Assembly: GCA_963674945.2 (NCBI GenBank)
Contig: CAXXWQ010000004.1
Coordinates: forward strand, 2,080,001-2,144,000
DNA from: an uncultured Desulfosarcina sp.
Lineage (GTDB): Bacteria; Desulfobacterota; Desulfobacteria; Desulfobacterales; Desulfosarcinaceae
Direction: 5' to 3'
Length of the DNA: 64,000 bases
Within the stretch, counting starts at the first letter, position 1; each line of letters starts with the position of its first letter. The position numbers were made by a program, and so were the translations under genes. Positions 50,743-61,260 of this stretch are shown piece by piece. The notes under the pieces are model-generated. The model ran no database searches, was not told the origin of the DNA, and was given only the letters and a program-made list of their open reading frames with translations.

Positions 50743-50913
50743 AGGCAATTTCAAAACGTCCCCTCGGACTCAATATCAGCGTCGGGGCGAGATGTCCAAT
50801 CCTCGAAATACGACATGGTTGCACCCCAAGGGCACTTCCTAACGGGGCGTCTGCGGTTGGACATCTCACCCCGCCTTGATCTCGAGCCCGATTGAACATT
50901 TTGAAAGCACCTC
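50742..50913 (+). mobile_element. MITE-like repeat, copy B
   Basis: GAGGCAATTTCAAAA...TTTTGAAAGCACCTC flanked by TA on both sides. Confidence 0.8.
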
Positions 50914-50935
50914 TATAGTAAAGGAAACCAAAAAC

Positions 50936-51823
50936 ATGGTGTTCGAACAATTGGTCGGCAATCTGATACAAGGTCTGGTCCTGGGAGCGGTTTACGGCAT
51001 GGCCACCATGGGGCTCAGCCTTATCTTCGGTGTCTTGCAGGTAGTCAATGTGGGGCACGGGGCCTTTATCATGGTGGGTGCGTTTGTCACGTACTGGCTG
51101 TTTACCGCTTTAGGGCTCAACCCGATCTTTGCCATTCCCATCGCTTTCGTGGTGGGAATGGCACTTGGATTGTTGTTTTACTACACGGCCATGAAGCGGC
51201 TGATAAAAGCACCCGAACTGGCGTCATTGCTGGCGACATTTTCCATCGGGGTGCTGCTCCAGGAAATCGTGAAGCTGATCTTCGGATCGGAATTTCGCGG
51301 GTACAACTGGGTTGTGGGAAAAATCGACCTGGGCATTACCGTGTTGCCGATGACCAAACTCTATGCCGCCCTCGGAAGTGTCCTCATCGCCGTCTTGCTC
51401 TATTTGTGGTTCAACAAGACCCGCTATGGATCCGCCATGCGCAGTGTGGTCGAGGACAGCGAAGGCGCCCGGGTATGCGGCATCAATGTCGACGGCGTGT
51501 ACGCCATGAGTTTTGGACTGGGAATCGGCCTGACGGTCGCCAGCGGCGTTTTGCTCACCATGTTCATCCCCGTGGGCATCAACCCCTACATGGGGGGTGG
51601 CTATACCCTCAAGGCCTTTGTCATTGCTGTTCTCGGCGGGTTGGCATCGCCCTATGGGGCCTTTTTCGGCGGGCTGGTGTTCGGGTTGATCGAAAACGGC
51701 TCCTATACGCTGTTTGCGCTGATTCCCGGGGTTGAACCCTTCGCACTGACGCGGTTTTTCTCTTTCATGATATTGCTGGCCATACTTCTCATCAGACCAA
51801 CCGGGCTTTTGAAAGCAAAATGA
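50936..51823 (+). CDS. livH: BCAA ABC permease
   Basis: GLSLIFGVLQVVNVGHG, KAFVIAVLGG, RPTGL. Confidence 0.88.
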   Translation: MVFEQLVGNLIQGLVLGAVYGMATMGLSLIFGVLQVVNVGHGAFIMVGAFVTYWLFTALGLNPIFAIPIAFVVGMALGLLFYYTAMKRLIKAPELASLLATFSIGVLLQEIVKLIFGSEFRGYNWVVGKIDLGITVLPMTKLYAALGSVLIAVLLYLWFNKTRYGSAMRSVVEDSEGARVCGINVDGVYAMSFGLGIGLTVASGVLLTMFIPVGINPYMGGGYTLKAFVIAVLGGLASPYGAFFGGLVFGLIENGSYTLFALIPGVEPFALTRFFSFMILLAILLIRPTGLLKAK

Positions 51824-52818
51824 AAAAAGTAGAAAAGTATATTCCGATTCTGCCGGTATTGATCGCCTACATCGCATTATTCGCCGTGGGCAAGGGCATG
51901 ACCGGCATGTGGCAACTGATCGCCACATTGCTCTTTTACTGTGCTCTGGGACAGGCCTTCAATATTTTCATGGGCATGACCGGCTATGTGGATTTCGGAT
52001 ATGTCGCCTTTATGGGGGTAGGTACCTACGGCATGGCATTGACCATCACACGACTGGCCGATGCTCAGGGCCTCGGTGTGGGTATCATCATCATCGGCTT
52101 TTTCGCAGCCCTTCTCTTTTCGACACTGCTCTCCCTGGCGGTGGGTGCCGTGGCACTGCGCCTCAGAGGCGCTTATTTCGCAATCGCCACCATCGGGGTC
52201 AATGAAGGCTTTCGGTTCCTGATTGAGGGCGCCAGAATCTGGAACGGTTCCGAGGGGCTTATCTTTACCGCAGAACTCAACCAGATCCTCGGCAAGCAAG
52301 CCGCCAGCCGGCTTTCCGTCTTCTGGGCCGATATCATCGTTCTGGGCATCGCGATCTTTGCCGCAGTCTTGACACTGGTCTATATGCGCAGCAAGATCGG
52401 TTATGCCCTTACCGCTCTGAGAGAAGACGAAGACGCCGCCAAGGTGATGGGCATCAATGTCACCAAATACAAAATCATTGCCTTTATCACCAGTGCCTGT
52501 ATCGCCGGTTTGATCGGGGCCGCCTCCTGGGCGTTAAAGACGCCCTATGTGTTTCCACCGGAAGTATTCGAAATTCATTACACCATCGAAGCCATCATCA
52601 TCGTTTTGCTCGGTGGGGCTGGAACCCTTTTGGGGCCGATCGTCGGCGGACTCATTTACGGTATCTCAAAGTACTATCTGTCGGTTATACTTCCCGGATT
52701 CCAGCTGCTAATCTTCGCACCGATCATCATCATCATCATCATCATGTTTCCCGAAGGCGTCATTGGCGTATTGAGAAAAAAGATCAAGGGAACAAAATTG
52801 GAACGGTATATCATGTAA
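51820..52818 (+). CDS. livM: BCAA ABC permease
   Basis: LRGAYFAIAT, ALREDEDAA, GGAGT..GP, PEG. Confidence 0.88.
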   Translation: MKKVEKYIPILPVLIAYIALFAVGKGMTGMWQLIATLLFYCALGQAFNIFMGMTGYVDFGYVAFMGVGTYGMALTITRLADAQGLGVGIIIIGFFAALLFSTLLSLAVGAVALRLRGAYFAIATIGVNEGFRFLIEGARIWNGSEGLIFTAELNQILGKQAASRLSVFWADIIVLGIAIFAAVLTLVYMRSKIGYALTALREDEDAAKVMGINVTKYKIIAFITSACIAGLIGAASWALKTPYVFPPEVFEIHYTIEAIIIVLLGGAGTLLGPIVGGLIYGISKYYLSVILPGFQLLIFAPIIIIIIIMFPEGVIGVLRKKIKGTKLERYIM

Positions 52819-53571
52819 GTGAGAAATATGACATTACTCAAGATCGATAACGTAACCAAACGGTTTGGTGGACTGGTGGCGCTTGATCGCGTCAGTTTCG
52901 AGATCGACCAGAATCAGTTCATTGGAATCGTGGGGCCCAACGGCAGTGGCAAGACAACCTTGTTCAATGTGATCAGCGGTGTCTTCTTTCCGGAGCAAGG
53001 AAATGTTTTCTTCGAAGGCAAAGATATTACCCGATTTCCACCTTACAGAAGAGCCCCTTTGGGGATCGGCCGAACATTTCAGATCCCACGGCCGTTTGCT
53101 TCGGCAACGGTGAGGGAAAATATCGCCGTGGGCGCCATGTTCGGCACCGTAAGTCATCGTGTCAATGTGGATGAATCCTTAGAGATTGCCGATCAAACCA
53201 TAGAGCGCGTGGGCCTTACGGAGCATAAAGACAAGGTTGCCGGTGGATTGACGCCTGTTGAAAAGAAACTCATGGAAATCGGTCGCGCGCTGGCCATGAA
53301 ACCCAAATTACTTCTGATGGATGAAGCCATGGCCGGCATGCATCCCAGCGACATCGATGACATTGTATCACTGATCAAACGGATCGCCGCGGAAGAACAA
53401 ATCGCCATCGTCGCCATGGTGGAGCATATCATGAGGGCGGTGGTCGGAATGGCCGAAAAGGTCATCGTTTTACACCGAGGCGCAAAGATCGTTGACGCAC
53501 CCACCAAAGAGGCATTGGAAAACCCGAAGGTGGTCGATGTTTACTTAGGGCGTCAAACAAAGGAGTCGTAA
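52819..53571 (+). CDS. livG: BCAA ABC ATP-binding protein
   Basis: KRFGGL, GPNGSGKTT, RTFQ, VYLG. Confidence 0.9.
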   Translation: MRNMTLLKIDNVTKRFGGLVALDRVSFEIDQNQFIGIVGPNGSGKTTLFNVISGVFFPEQGNVFFEGKDITRFPPYRRAPLGIGRTFQIPRPFASATVRENIAVGAMFGTVSHRVNVDESLEIADQTIERVGLTEHKDKVAGGLTPVEKKLMEIGRALAMKPKLLLMDEAMAGMHPSDIDDIVSLIKRIAAEEQIAIVAMVEHIMRAVVGMAEKVIVLHRGAKIVDAPTKEALENPKVVDVYLGRQTKES

Positions 53572-54278
53572 TGCTCATCGTTAGAGAGCTCGAATCGGGA
53601 TATGGCCCCATGCAGGTGTTATGGAAACCGAGTCTTTCGGTTAAATCGGGGTCGATCACCTCTTTGTTGGGCCCCAACGGCGCAGGGAAAAGTACATTGC
53701 TCGCGACGGTTTTCGGCTCGGTGACGCCCTGGGGAGGCGTGGTGCAATACGCCGATGAAGATGTCACCGGGCTTCCCACCCATAAAAAAGTGGACAAGGG
53801 TATCGCCCTGGTGCCCGAAGGCAAACACTTGTTTCCCAACATGACGGTGCTGGAAAATCTCAAGATGGGGGCCTATTTAAAAAAAGCACTGGTCCATAAG
53901 GATGAATCCATGGAGTTGGTGTATACGCTCTTTCCCCGACTCAAGGAGAGACGCCGCCAGACGGCCGGGTCCTTGAGCGGCGGTGAGCAGCAGATGGTCA
54001 CCATCGCCAGGGCCTTGATGACCAAACCCAAGCTCATCATGTTGGATGAACCCAGCCAGGGTCTGGCACCGCTTTTGGTGGGAGAGGTCTTCGAGACCAT
54101 CGTAAAAATGAAAGAAGAGATCGGACTGACGGTTCTGCTAGTCGAGCAAAATGCCGATGCCTCCCTAAATGCTGCGGATTACGTCTATATCATGCATGAA
54201 GGACAAATCAAAGCCGAGGGCACTCCCAAAGAGATCAAAGCATCCGCGGATATCAGAGAGACATTTTTGGGAATATAA
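53571..54278 (+). CDS. livF: BCAA ABC ATP-binding protein
   Basis: GPNGAGKST, FPRLKER, LSGGEQQM, LVEQN. Confidence 0.9.
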   Translation: MLIVRELESGYGPMQVLWKPSLSVKSGSITSLLGPNGAGKSTLLATVFGSVTPWGGVVQYADEDVTGLPTHKKVDKGIALVPEGKHLFPNMTVLENLKMGAYLKKALVHKDESMELVYTLFPRLKERRRQTAGSLSGGEQQMVTIARALMTKPKLIMLDEPSQGLAPLLVGEVFETIVKMKEEIGLTVLLVEQNADASLNAADYVYIMHEGQIKAEGTPKEIKASADIRETFLGI

Positions 54279-54279
54279 C

Positions 54280-56895
54280 TTATTCATCATCCAGCAGGAG
54301 CTGAAGAATCGGCGTAATGGACACCGCCGTTGCGTCCTGGTTGATCGTATGATGCAGGCCGGCAATGCCGAAGGAACCCGATCTGGATTGACGATTCGTA
54401 TTTTCATCCACCAAGTAGGTAACGGTCCCATTGCCTGATCCACTGGCCCCATCCGTGATCGTGACCCAATCGAGGCTTTCCGACACACTCCACGCACATA
54501 GGGCGGGCGCGGTGACAAAGACATCGGCCAACCCGCCGTTGGAATCGAAGTCATAACTGACAGGATCGATGGTATAGCTGCAGATGGCCACCTGTGTGGC
54601 CGCTGTCTGCCATGCGCTGTCATCATATCCACTGCGGGTCGCTTTGACCCGGTAATAATAGGTCTCCCCGCCGCTTTTCCCTGTAATGGACGCGCTGGTG
54701 TTTGTTCCGCTGTAAGCGGTGCGAAGGTCGGCGGTGAAATTCGAATCCGTGGCCTCTTCCAGTACATAGGTCACGCTGCTCGTGCTCGACGCCTCCCAGC
54801 TAACCGTGAATTCACCGTCATCGTCGCTTTCGGGTACGGTGATGCTTGATGGTGCGTCGCAGACATAGTCGATGACCGTTGCCGTCAAGGTGCCGTCGCC
54901 GGCGTCATAACCATAGACGCGAATGTACCAAACGCCTACATCGGGATCCATATGGGTGCACGACTCCGAATCGGTGCCGTATTTCAAAGATGAGCAGTCA
55001 TTTTTATCGGAGTTAGGGACCGCATTGTATCTGGTGTATAGATCCAGATCGGCCGAGAGGCTATCCAGGGCTACCGACAGTTCGTCCACGCCTTCGACCA
55101 CCGCTATGGAATAGCATGCCGCTTCACCCGACGCCAAGGAGACACTGATGCCAGCACCGCTGGTGAGACCGGTGCAGTCACCGGGGTGAAAACCGACATA
55201 GCAACCATTTTCACCGGTTTGCCAGGAACTGTCAATATAACCGCTACGGGTGGCCTTGACACGGTAATAGCAGGTCACGCCATCGCCCCGGCCGGTGATG
55301 GAAGCACTGGTACCGCTGCCACTGTATGCCGTGCGCAGATCGGTGGCAAACGTCGCATCCGTGGCCTCTTCCAGTTCATAGGTTACACCGCTCGTACTCG
55401 ATGCATCCCAGCTTACCGTATAATCACCGTCCACATCACTTGACGGTACCGTAATACTTGCCGGTGCACCACATACCGGCTCGGCCACCGTTGCCGTCAA
55501 GGTTCCACTGCCGGCTTCGGTGCCATATAACATGAGATACCACTGGCCTGCCGTTGGATCGCTGTGGGTACAGGTCTCCGAAACGGTTCCCGAAGAATTT
55601 GACCGACAGTCGTAGTTCGAAGTTGTCGCCGCTTCGCCATAGCGCGTATAAAGGTCCACATCGGCGGAAAGGCCGTCCAAGGCCACCGATAATTCACCGG
55701 CACCTTCGGGAACCTCGATGGTATAACACAACTCTTCGCCTTGTCCCACCGAAACGCTCACACCGACACTATCGGCGAGGCTGGTGCAATCACCCCCGCT
55801 GGCAATGTCCCATCCCAGATCCATTAAAAGGCCCCTGCCAAGGGTACCCGGATCATGAATGGCTTCGCCTGCGCTGATGGCGTACACCATCAGCTGGTTC
55901 GATGTGTTGTTGAAAGTGTCATAGTCGAAATGGGAATAGCTGGACCCGGAGGCCCATGTGGAAGGGGCATACATTTTGACCCGTGCACTGCCGTTGGCGG
56001 ACATGGCGTTGGTGCCATGGAAATAGAGACCGTTGGAGGTCAAAACGGAAGCGAGGGCAGCCGTCCCACTTGTGTAGTCGGAAATGAGCACGTTTCCCGA
56101 ACCATCCTGCATGAACACATCGTAGATATTGGGCTCGGGATAAGATGTGCCATATCCCCAAGATCCAAGTCCCGACGATACTCTCATGGAACCTGAAAAA
56201 TTGAGGCCGTGAGCAATTTCGTGCAGAACGACGCTGAACAGGTCATATTCATAGCTGCCCGGATTGCCGTCCGTCCCGTAATACCAGTTAAAATTGGTAT
56301 TATAGGTGATATACATATCGTACGAAGAAGACAGGTCGGATCCGTAGAGGGAATTTGCCAGGGAACCGGAAAACCAAGTGTCCGCCCTGGTGTTGCCGGA
56401 AAAATTCTTATGCAAAGGTCCACCACCCGAATACCCGAGCGTAGTGGAGCTTCCCAAATTGGCCCAGCAGGCACTGATGGTGATGGGTACGTCAGACTGT
56501 AAAATACTGGCCCACACGTTGGCGGCGGCTTCGAAAACCGTCTTTGCCGTCTCGGGGAAAGTAGTGCAGGTTTGCCCCCACGGATCGGAGCCACCATCGG
56601 CCACATAGGTAATGGAAAAGGTGGCGGTAGCCTCGCTTGGATCCATGGAGATGGCTTGGGGGGGCATTATCTTTTTCAGTTCCCCCGGCGGATTGGGATC
56701 GACAACAACGGCCTTTAGCGGCAGCCCATTGGTTAAGGTGTTTCCGTCCACTGCCAGTTCCGGTTCCAACCGTCGTGACAGATCATACAAAAAAGCCCCT
56801 GCATCGTCTGCCTCGGCGAAGGTAAATGGAGTCCAAATCAATACCAATAGCATCGTACAAAACCAAACCGGCAGTCCTTTTTTCATCCACAACAC
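54280..56895 (-). CDS. Secreted zinc metalloprotease with 2x (PPC + FN3-like) modules and a BACON-like domain
   Basis: Signal peptide; HEIAHGLNF; ADxDLY PPC repeats; duplicated APxSITVP...YYRVKA; C-terminal PILQLLLD. Confidence 0.82.
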   Translation of the reverse strand: MLWMKKGLPVWFCTMLLVLIWTPFTFAEADDAGAFLYDLSRRLEPELAVDGNTLTNGLPLKAVVVDPNPPGELKKIMPPQAISMDPSEATATFSITYVADGGSDPWGQTCTTFPETAKTVFEAAANVWASILQSDVPITISACWANLGSSTTLGYSGGGPLHKNFSGNTRADTWFSGSLANSLYGSDLSSSYDMYITYNTNFNWYYGTDGNPGSYEYDLFSVVLHEIAHGLNFSGSMRVSSGLGSWGYGTSYPEPNIYDVFMQDGSGNVLISDYTSGTAALASVLTSNGLYFHGTNAMSANGSARVKMYAPSTWASGSSYSHFDYDTFNNTSNQLMVYAISAGEAIHDPGTLGRGLLMDLGWDIASGGDCTSLADSVGVSVSVGQGEELCYTIEVPEGAGELSVALDGLSADVDLYTRYGEAATTSNYDCRSNSSGTVSETCTHSDPTAGQWYLMLYGTEAGSGTLTATVAEPVCGAPASITVPSSDVDGDYTVSWDASSTSGVTYELEEATDATFATDLRTAYSGSGTSASITGRGDGVTCYYRVKATRSGYIDSSWQTGENGCYVGFHPGDCTGLTSGAGISVSLASGEAACYSIAVVEGVDELSVALDSLSADLDLYTRYNAVPNSDKNDCSSLKYGTDSESCTHMDPDVGVWYIRVYGYDAGDGTLTATVIDYVCDAPSSITVPESDDDGEFTVSWEASSTSSVTYVLEEATDSNFTADLRTAYSGTNTSASITGKSGGETYYYRVKATRSGYDDSAWQTAATQVAICSYTIDPVSYDFDSNGGLADVFVTAPALCAWSVSESLDWVTITDGASGSGNGTVTYLVDENTNRQSRSGSFGIAGLHHTINQDATAVSITPILQLLLDDE

Positions 56896-57240
56896 CTTTT
56901 TGATCTTCTGCTGCGTTTTTTATCCATGGTGCTATATCGGCACTTTTGCTGATTTTGTTTAGTGCTTCATCATCGAAGCGGCCCGTGCCGGTGAATACGG
57001 CAAAGGGTTTACGGCCGTTGCCAAAAGGAAAGGAGAAAAAGGGCATTTTGGAAGGACCGCTGTCATGGCACAGCGTAGTTCCACAAGGTCCGGATCTATT
57101 GGAAATTCATTGACAAAAATGCTAATTTTTCATACTTCGCCCCTATAAGGGATATGATTTCATCCGTCGTCGCAACGATGAGACAATGGCCTTTCGATGA
57201 TCGCCATCCAATGATTTTTTGAACTTCAAGGGGAAATACC

Positions 57241-58122
57241 ATGCCAGATGCAGATGATGTAAAAGAAGGGAAAAAGTATTATTCTGATATCCCTCAGGAA
57301 ACCGAAGGCTTTTTTCTGAAAGGATGTAATGGCCTGGACTGGGGTATGAAAAACAGGCTGGCCCGGATTTTCAATCCCAAAACCGGCCGAACCGTGATGC
57401 TGGCCATTGACCATGGCTATTTTCAGGGACCCACAACCGGTTTGGAACGGGTGGATATCAACATTTTACCCATTGCGCCCCATGCCGACACATTGATGCT
57501 GACCCGCGGCATTCTGCGCGCCATTGTGCCGCCGTCATATTCCCAGCCCATTGTTTTAAGAGTATCTGGTGGAACCAGTATCCTGAAAGAACTGTCCAAT
57601 GAAGACATCGCCGTTGATATTGAAGACTCCATCCGTCTCAACGTTTGTGCCATGGCTGTTCAGGTGTTTATCGGCGGGGAATTTGAAAAGGAATCCATCA
57701 TCAACATGACCCGGCTGGTCGATATGGGAAACCGGTATGGCATACCGGTTCTGGCGGTGACCGCCGTGGGAAAGGATATGGCAAGAGATGCCCGATATTT
57801 CAGGCTGGCCACAAGAATATGCGCGGAGTTGGGTGCCCATTATATTAAATCGTACTATGTCGAAGATGGATTCGACACAATCACATCATCCTGCCCGGTT
57901 CCCATCGTGATGGCAGGCGGTAAAAAATTACCCGAAATCGATGCCCTGACCATGGCTTACAACGCCGTTCAACAGGGCGCCTGCGGGGTGGATATGGGCC
58001 GCAATATTTTCCAGTCCGATTCACCCGTGGCCATGTTACAGGCCGTGAAAGCGGTTGTTCACGAAAACATGGTGCCCAAAGATGCGCTTGCGCTGTACAA
58101 TTCGTTGAAAGACAAAGGTTAA
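57241..58122 (+). CDS. lsrF: LsrF-like class I aldolase/thiolase
   Basis: [39 protein letters not shown]. Confidence 0.9.
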   Translation: MPDADDVKEGKKYYSDIPQETEGFFLKGCNGLDWGMKNRLARIFNPKTGRTVMLAIDHGYFQGPTTGLERVDINILPIAPHADTLMLTRGILRAIVPPSYSQPIVLRVSGGTSILKELSNEDIAVDIEDSIRLNVCAMAVQVFIGGEFEKESIINMTRLVDMGNRYGIPVLAVTAVGKDMARDARYFRLATRICAELGAHYIKSYYVEDGFDTITSSCPVPIVMAGGKKLPEIDALTMAYNAVQQGACGVDMGRNIFQSDSPVAMLQAVKAVVHENMVPKDALALYNSLKDKG

Positions 58123-58177
58123 CAACGCAAGCGGAACCGACAGCGCAAAAGGGGATTTTTATTTAGGGGATCACCGC

Positions 58178-59176
58178 ATGCAAGTCTCCATGTGGTACAA
58201 TAACCGCGATGTCCGGCTGGAAGATGTACCCATGCCCGAACCCGGACCGGACGAAATGCTTGTAAAGGTTTTGTCATGCGGAATTTGTGGCAGTGACATT
58301 TCCGAGTGGTACAGGCTGCCGAGGGCGCCGCTTGTGTTGGGGCACGAAATCGGCGGTGAAGTCGTAAAAACCGGTGAAAACGTAAATCAATACAAGGCCG
58401 GCGATCGAATATTTGTGGCGCCGAAAGTACCTTGCATGGCCTGCCATTACTGCGAAAACGGGCACTACCCGGTCTGTCCGAATGTAAAGGACCGCCTCCC
58501 CGGCGGATTCGCCCAATTCATCGTCGTACCTTCCGCCCTGGTGGACAAAGGCACCTATCTTCTTCCCGATAATGTCTCTTATGACCAGGCCACCTTCATC
58601 GAACCCTTGGCCTGTGTAACGCGGGCCCAACGGCTTTCCCGGGTAAAAGAGAATCAGACGATCATGGTTTTTGGATGCGGCATGTCCGGCCTGCTCCATG
58701 TGAAGCTGGCCAAATCCTTGAATTGCCGGACGATTGCCGTGGATGTTAACGAAAAGCGACTCGAATTTGCCGAAAAGTGTGGTGCGGACGTGGCGATTCA
58801 TGCAACGGAACAGGTGCCTGAATTCTCCGAAAAAGCCGACGTGGTCATGCTGTGCACATCGGCCATGGCCGCCATCGAACAAGCCTGGCAGTGTGTTGAC
58901 AAGGGTGGCAGCCTCGTATTTTTTGCGGTTCCGGAACCGCAAAAGATCGTCACGATCCCGATAAACGATTTTTGGATGAAAGAAGTGACCGTTCTCACAT
59001 CCTACTACTGCGGACCGCCGGACATCATAGAGGCACTTGATTTTATCTCCAAAGGAGAAATTATCGTCGATGACATGATCACCCACCATCTGCCCTTGAA
59101 GGATATAAGAGAAGGATTCAGGCTGGTAACCGCAGGGAAAGATTCAATCAAGGTGATCATTCACCCCAACGCGTAG
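58178..59176 (+). CDS. Zn-dependent alcohol/sugar dehydrogenase
   Basis: CGICGSD, GHE, C..C..C...C, EPLAC, GCGMSG. Confidence 0.9.
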   Translation: MQVSMWYNNRDVRLEDVPMPEPGPDEMLVKVLSCGICGSDISEWYRLPRAPLVLGHEIGGEVVKTGENVNQYKAGDRIFVAPKVPCMACHYCENGHYPVCPNVKDRLPGGFAQFIVVPSALVDKGTYLLPDNVSYDQATFIEPLACVTRAQRLSRVKENQTIMVFGCGMSGLLHVKLAKSLNCRTIAVDVNEKRLEFAEKCGADVAIHATEQVPEFSEKADVVMLCTSAMAAIEQAWQCVDKGGSLVFFAVPEPQKIVTIPINDFWMKEVTVLTSYYCGPPDIIEALDFISKGEIIVDDMITHHLPLKDIREGFRLVTAGKDSIKVIIHPNA

Positions 59177-59199
59177 ATAAGGTTTGATGTTGTTAAAAA

Positions 59200-59235
59200 A
59201 ATGAGAAGGTCGGTGTTATCACCGACCTTCTCATT
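59200..59235. terminator. Bidirectional terminator between convergent genes
   Basis: 16-bp perfect stem aatgagaaggtcggtg / caccgaccttctcatt, preceded by an A-run. Confidence 0.75.
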
Positions 59236-59280
59236 CTCTTGGTGTCTTACAAGCTTTCTTTCGTCCGGCTACCTCTTGTA

Positions 59281-60654
59281 CTACCGCCTGCCCAGTTTTC
59301 GTAAATTATGAACTGAGAAGAAGTCGTCCGGTATGTCGTCGTATGATTCTGCTGGATAGCCGTTCACATACCTGAATGCAGCGTAAAAGTCCACCTGGTA
59401 ATCGAAGTGAAAATATTGCGTCGCACGGAATACAGGAAAGTCATAATATTGTATTCCATGTGCAAATGACATTCGCCACAGGTTTCCGCGTTTATCGTAT
59501 TTGTCGATTACCGCAATCGTCCATGAGTCTTCATCAATATAAAAATGCCTTTCGCCGTACATATGACGAGAGTTTTCCTTGAGGGTGTGGGTGATCTCCC
59601 ATACCCGATGAAGCTCCCAGCGGATATATTCCGGGTTGGGATGGTGGGCTGTCATCATCACGTCATAGTCGGGAAGCATGTCGATCTTGTATGTGTTATA
59701 GGGTATGTACATCTCTTTTTTTCCGACCAGTTTCCAATCGAACCGGTCGAGTTTGCCCTTCCACATCCATGATTCGTCACTGCAACCGATACCACCGGCG
59801 GAAGAATCCAGTCCATCGTAAAACATGTTGGGGTTCCGGCGAACACGGCGTGCCCCTGGTATATAGGACCAGCCCACAGCGTCGTTTTTCGTATAGTCTG
59901 CCGGGTCCATCAATAGATAATATTCCCCTACCCGACCGGGCATTGTCATCTCCACGATTTTCCCAAAGACATAGTCCTGCGGATCAAATTTTTCATCGCC
60001 TTCGGCTTTATAGAGAAGATAATTCGTTGCATGCTGTCTCGCATATTTGCCGCTTCCCTGAACGATTCCGCCACCAAACGTCTGCTTAATATTTTTGGAG
60101 CCATGGGGTATGTAAACAAAATTTAACATGGCCTCCATGCCGCTTTTGGGAATTGGAAAGGGAAACCCTTTGCCGAAATTCGTTACACTGCCATATTCAT
60201 CGAGAACCTCTGCCGTCATGGCATTGCTATATGTGCCCTCATAGGCTTTCTCGGTAAATGCGGCAGTTCTCCTTGTGGGATAGACATGGATCTTGAAGGT
60301 ATCCGGGTATCGTTCGAACATTTTCACGATGCCCGCAGACAGTTTGTCTTTGTATTGATCGACATTTTGTGCCGTAATGGTAAACAGAATCTTGTCTTCG
60401 GCAAACGGGTCCGGGTGGGGCGTACCGGATTTGGCTTCATAATCGATACCTTCGGGAATTTTTGTGATTCCGCCGGTCCAGGCGGGGATGGTCCCTTCTT
60501 TGTTTCCGGCACGCTCGGCCCCAACGGGGGTTAATTCTGTTTTTAGTTTCGCGGCCTCTTCAGCAGTCACTTTCGCAAGAACTGGCGTTGCCGTACACAC
60601 CATCAGGGTCGCCAAAACAAAGGCAAATATGGTTTTATATACGGTACTGTTCAT
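59281..60654 (-). CDS. DUF1329-family periplasmic protein
   Basis: LTPVGAERAGN..GTIPAWTGG, PFPIP, RRVRR, RWELHRVW, DEDSW. Confidence 0.9.
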   Translation of the reverse strand: MNSTVYKTIFAFVLATLMVCTATPVLAKVTAEEAAKLKTELTPVGAERAGNKEGTIPAWTGGITKIPEGIDYEAKSGTPHPDPFAEDKILFTITAQNVDQYKDKLSAGIVKMFERYPDTFKIHVYPTRRTAAFTEKAYEGTYSNAMTAEVLDEYGSVTNFGKGFPFPIPKSGMEAMLNFVYIPHGSKNIKQTFGGGIVQGSGKYARQHATNYLLYKAEGDEKFDPQDYVFGKIVEMTMPGRVGEYYLLMDPADYTKNDAVGWSYIPGARRVRRNPNMFYDGLDSSAGGIGCSDESWMWKGKLDRFDWKLVGKKEMYIPYNTYKIDMLPDYDVMMTAHHPNPEYIRWELHRVWEITHTLKENSRHMYGERHFYIDEDSWTIAVIDKYDKRGNLWRMSFAHGIQYYDFPVFRATQYFHFDYQVDFYAAFRYVNGYPAESYDDIPDDFFSVHNLRKLGRR

Positions 60655-60998
60655 GTGATGCTCCTTAGTTTAAGTTGGATCTGAAAGTTGGATCTGAAAG
60701 TTGTTCGTGTCCGATTTAAAAATAATATGAAAGTTTGAGGGGAAGAGTCTCACGATCCGCATTATCATGGATTTCACAGACAAGTTCTCCCTCCCACAAT
60801 AAAAAAGACACACGTCACCGATGGAGCCGGATGAATATTCTTCCCTAAAATCCATAGTGCGACGCTGCCTTTGGAAATATTGGAAAATTCGAAACTCAGG
60901 CCCAAATTTGTTCGTCGAAATACCCGGTACCAATCGAACAAAGCTGCAACTAACTACTAAAGTTCTTCCTCGTTGTCAATGAGAAGCTTATTGTTTCA

Positions 60999-61260
60999 TG
61001 AAAATATTTGCCGCCATATACACATTTTTACCTTGTTATTATTGATAATTTTATCATTTTCGTGAAAATATTTGCCGTTACATGCGTAATTTTTTCCCTG
61101 TCATCATTGATGATATCACAATTTCTGTGAAAATATTTGCCACTATATACTGATATTCCCCCTGTTATCATTGATTATATTTCATTTTATGTGAAAATAT
61201 ATGCCGTTACATACCTAATTTTTTTATTATTTTCATCTGTACATCATGTTGTGAAAATAA
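60999..61260. repeat. Degenerate AT-rich tandem repeat with a ~64-bp unit
   Basis: TGAAAATAT(T/A)TGCC at 60999, 61063, 61128 and 61192; partial copy at 61252. Confidence 0.8.

Noticed and set aside
46894..50754. Long antisense ORFs (46894-48129, 49489-50754 and similar)
   Set aside because: They are shadows of well-supported genes on the opposite strand in GC-rich coding DNA.
57241..59176. AI-2 quorum-sensing (lsr) operon
   Set aside because: Only an lsrF-like gene and a dehydrogenase are present; there is no lsrK, lsrR or lsrACDB.
60999..61260. CRISPR array (period about 64 bp)
   Set aside because: The intervening sequences resemble each other, the repeats are degenerate and no cas genes are nearby.
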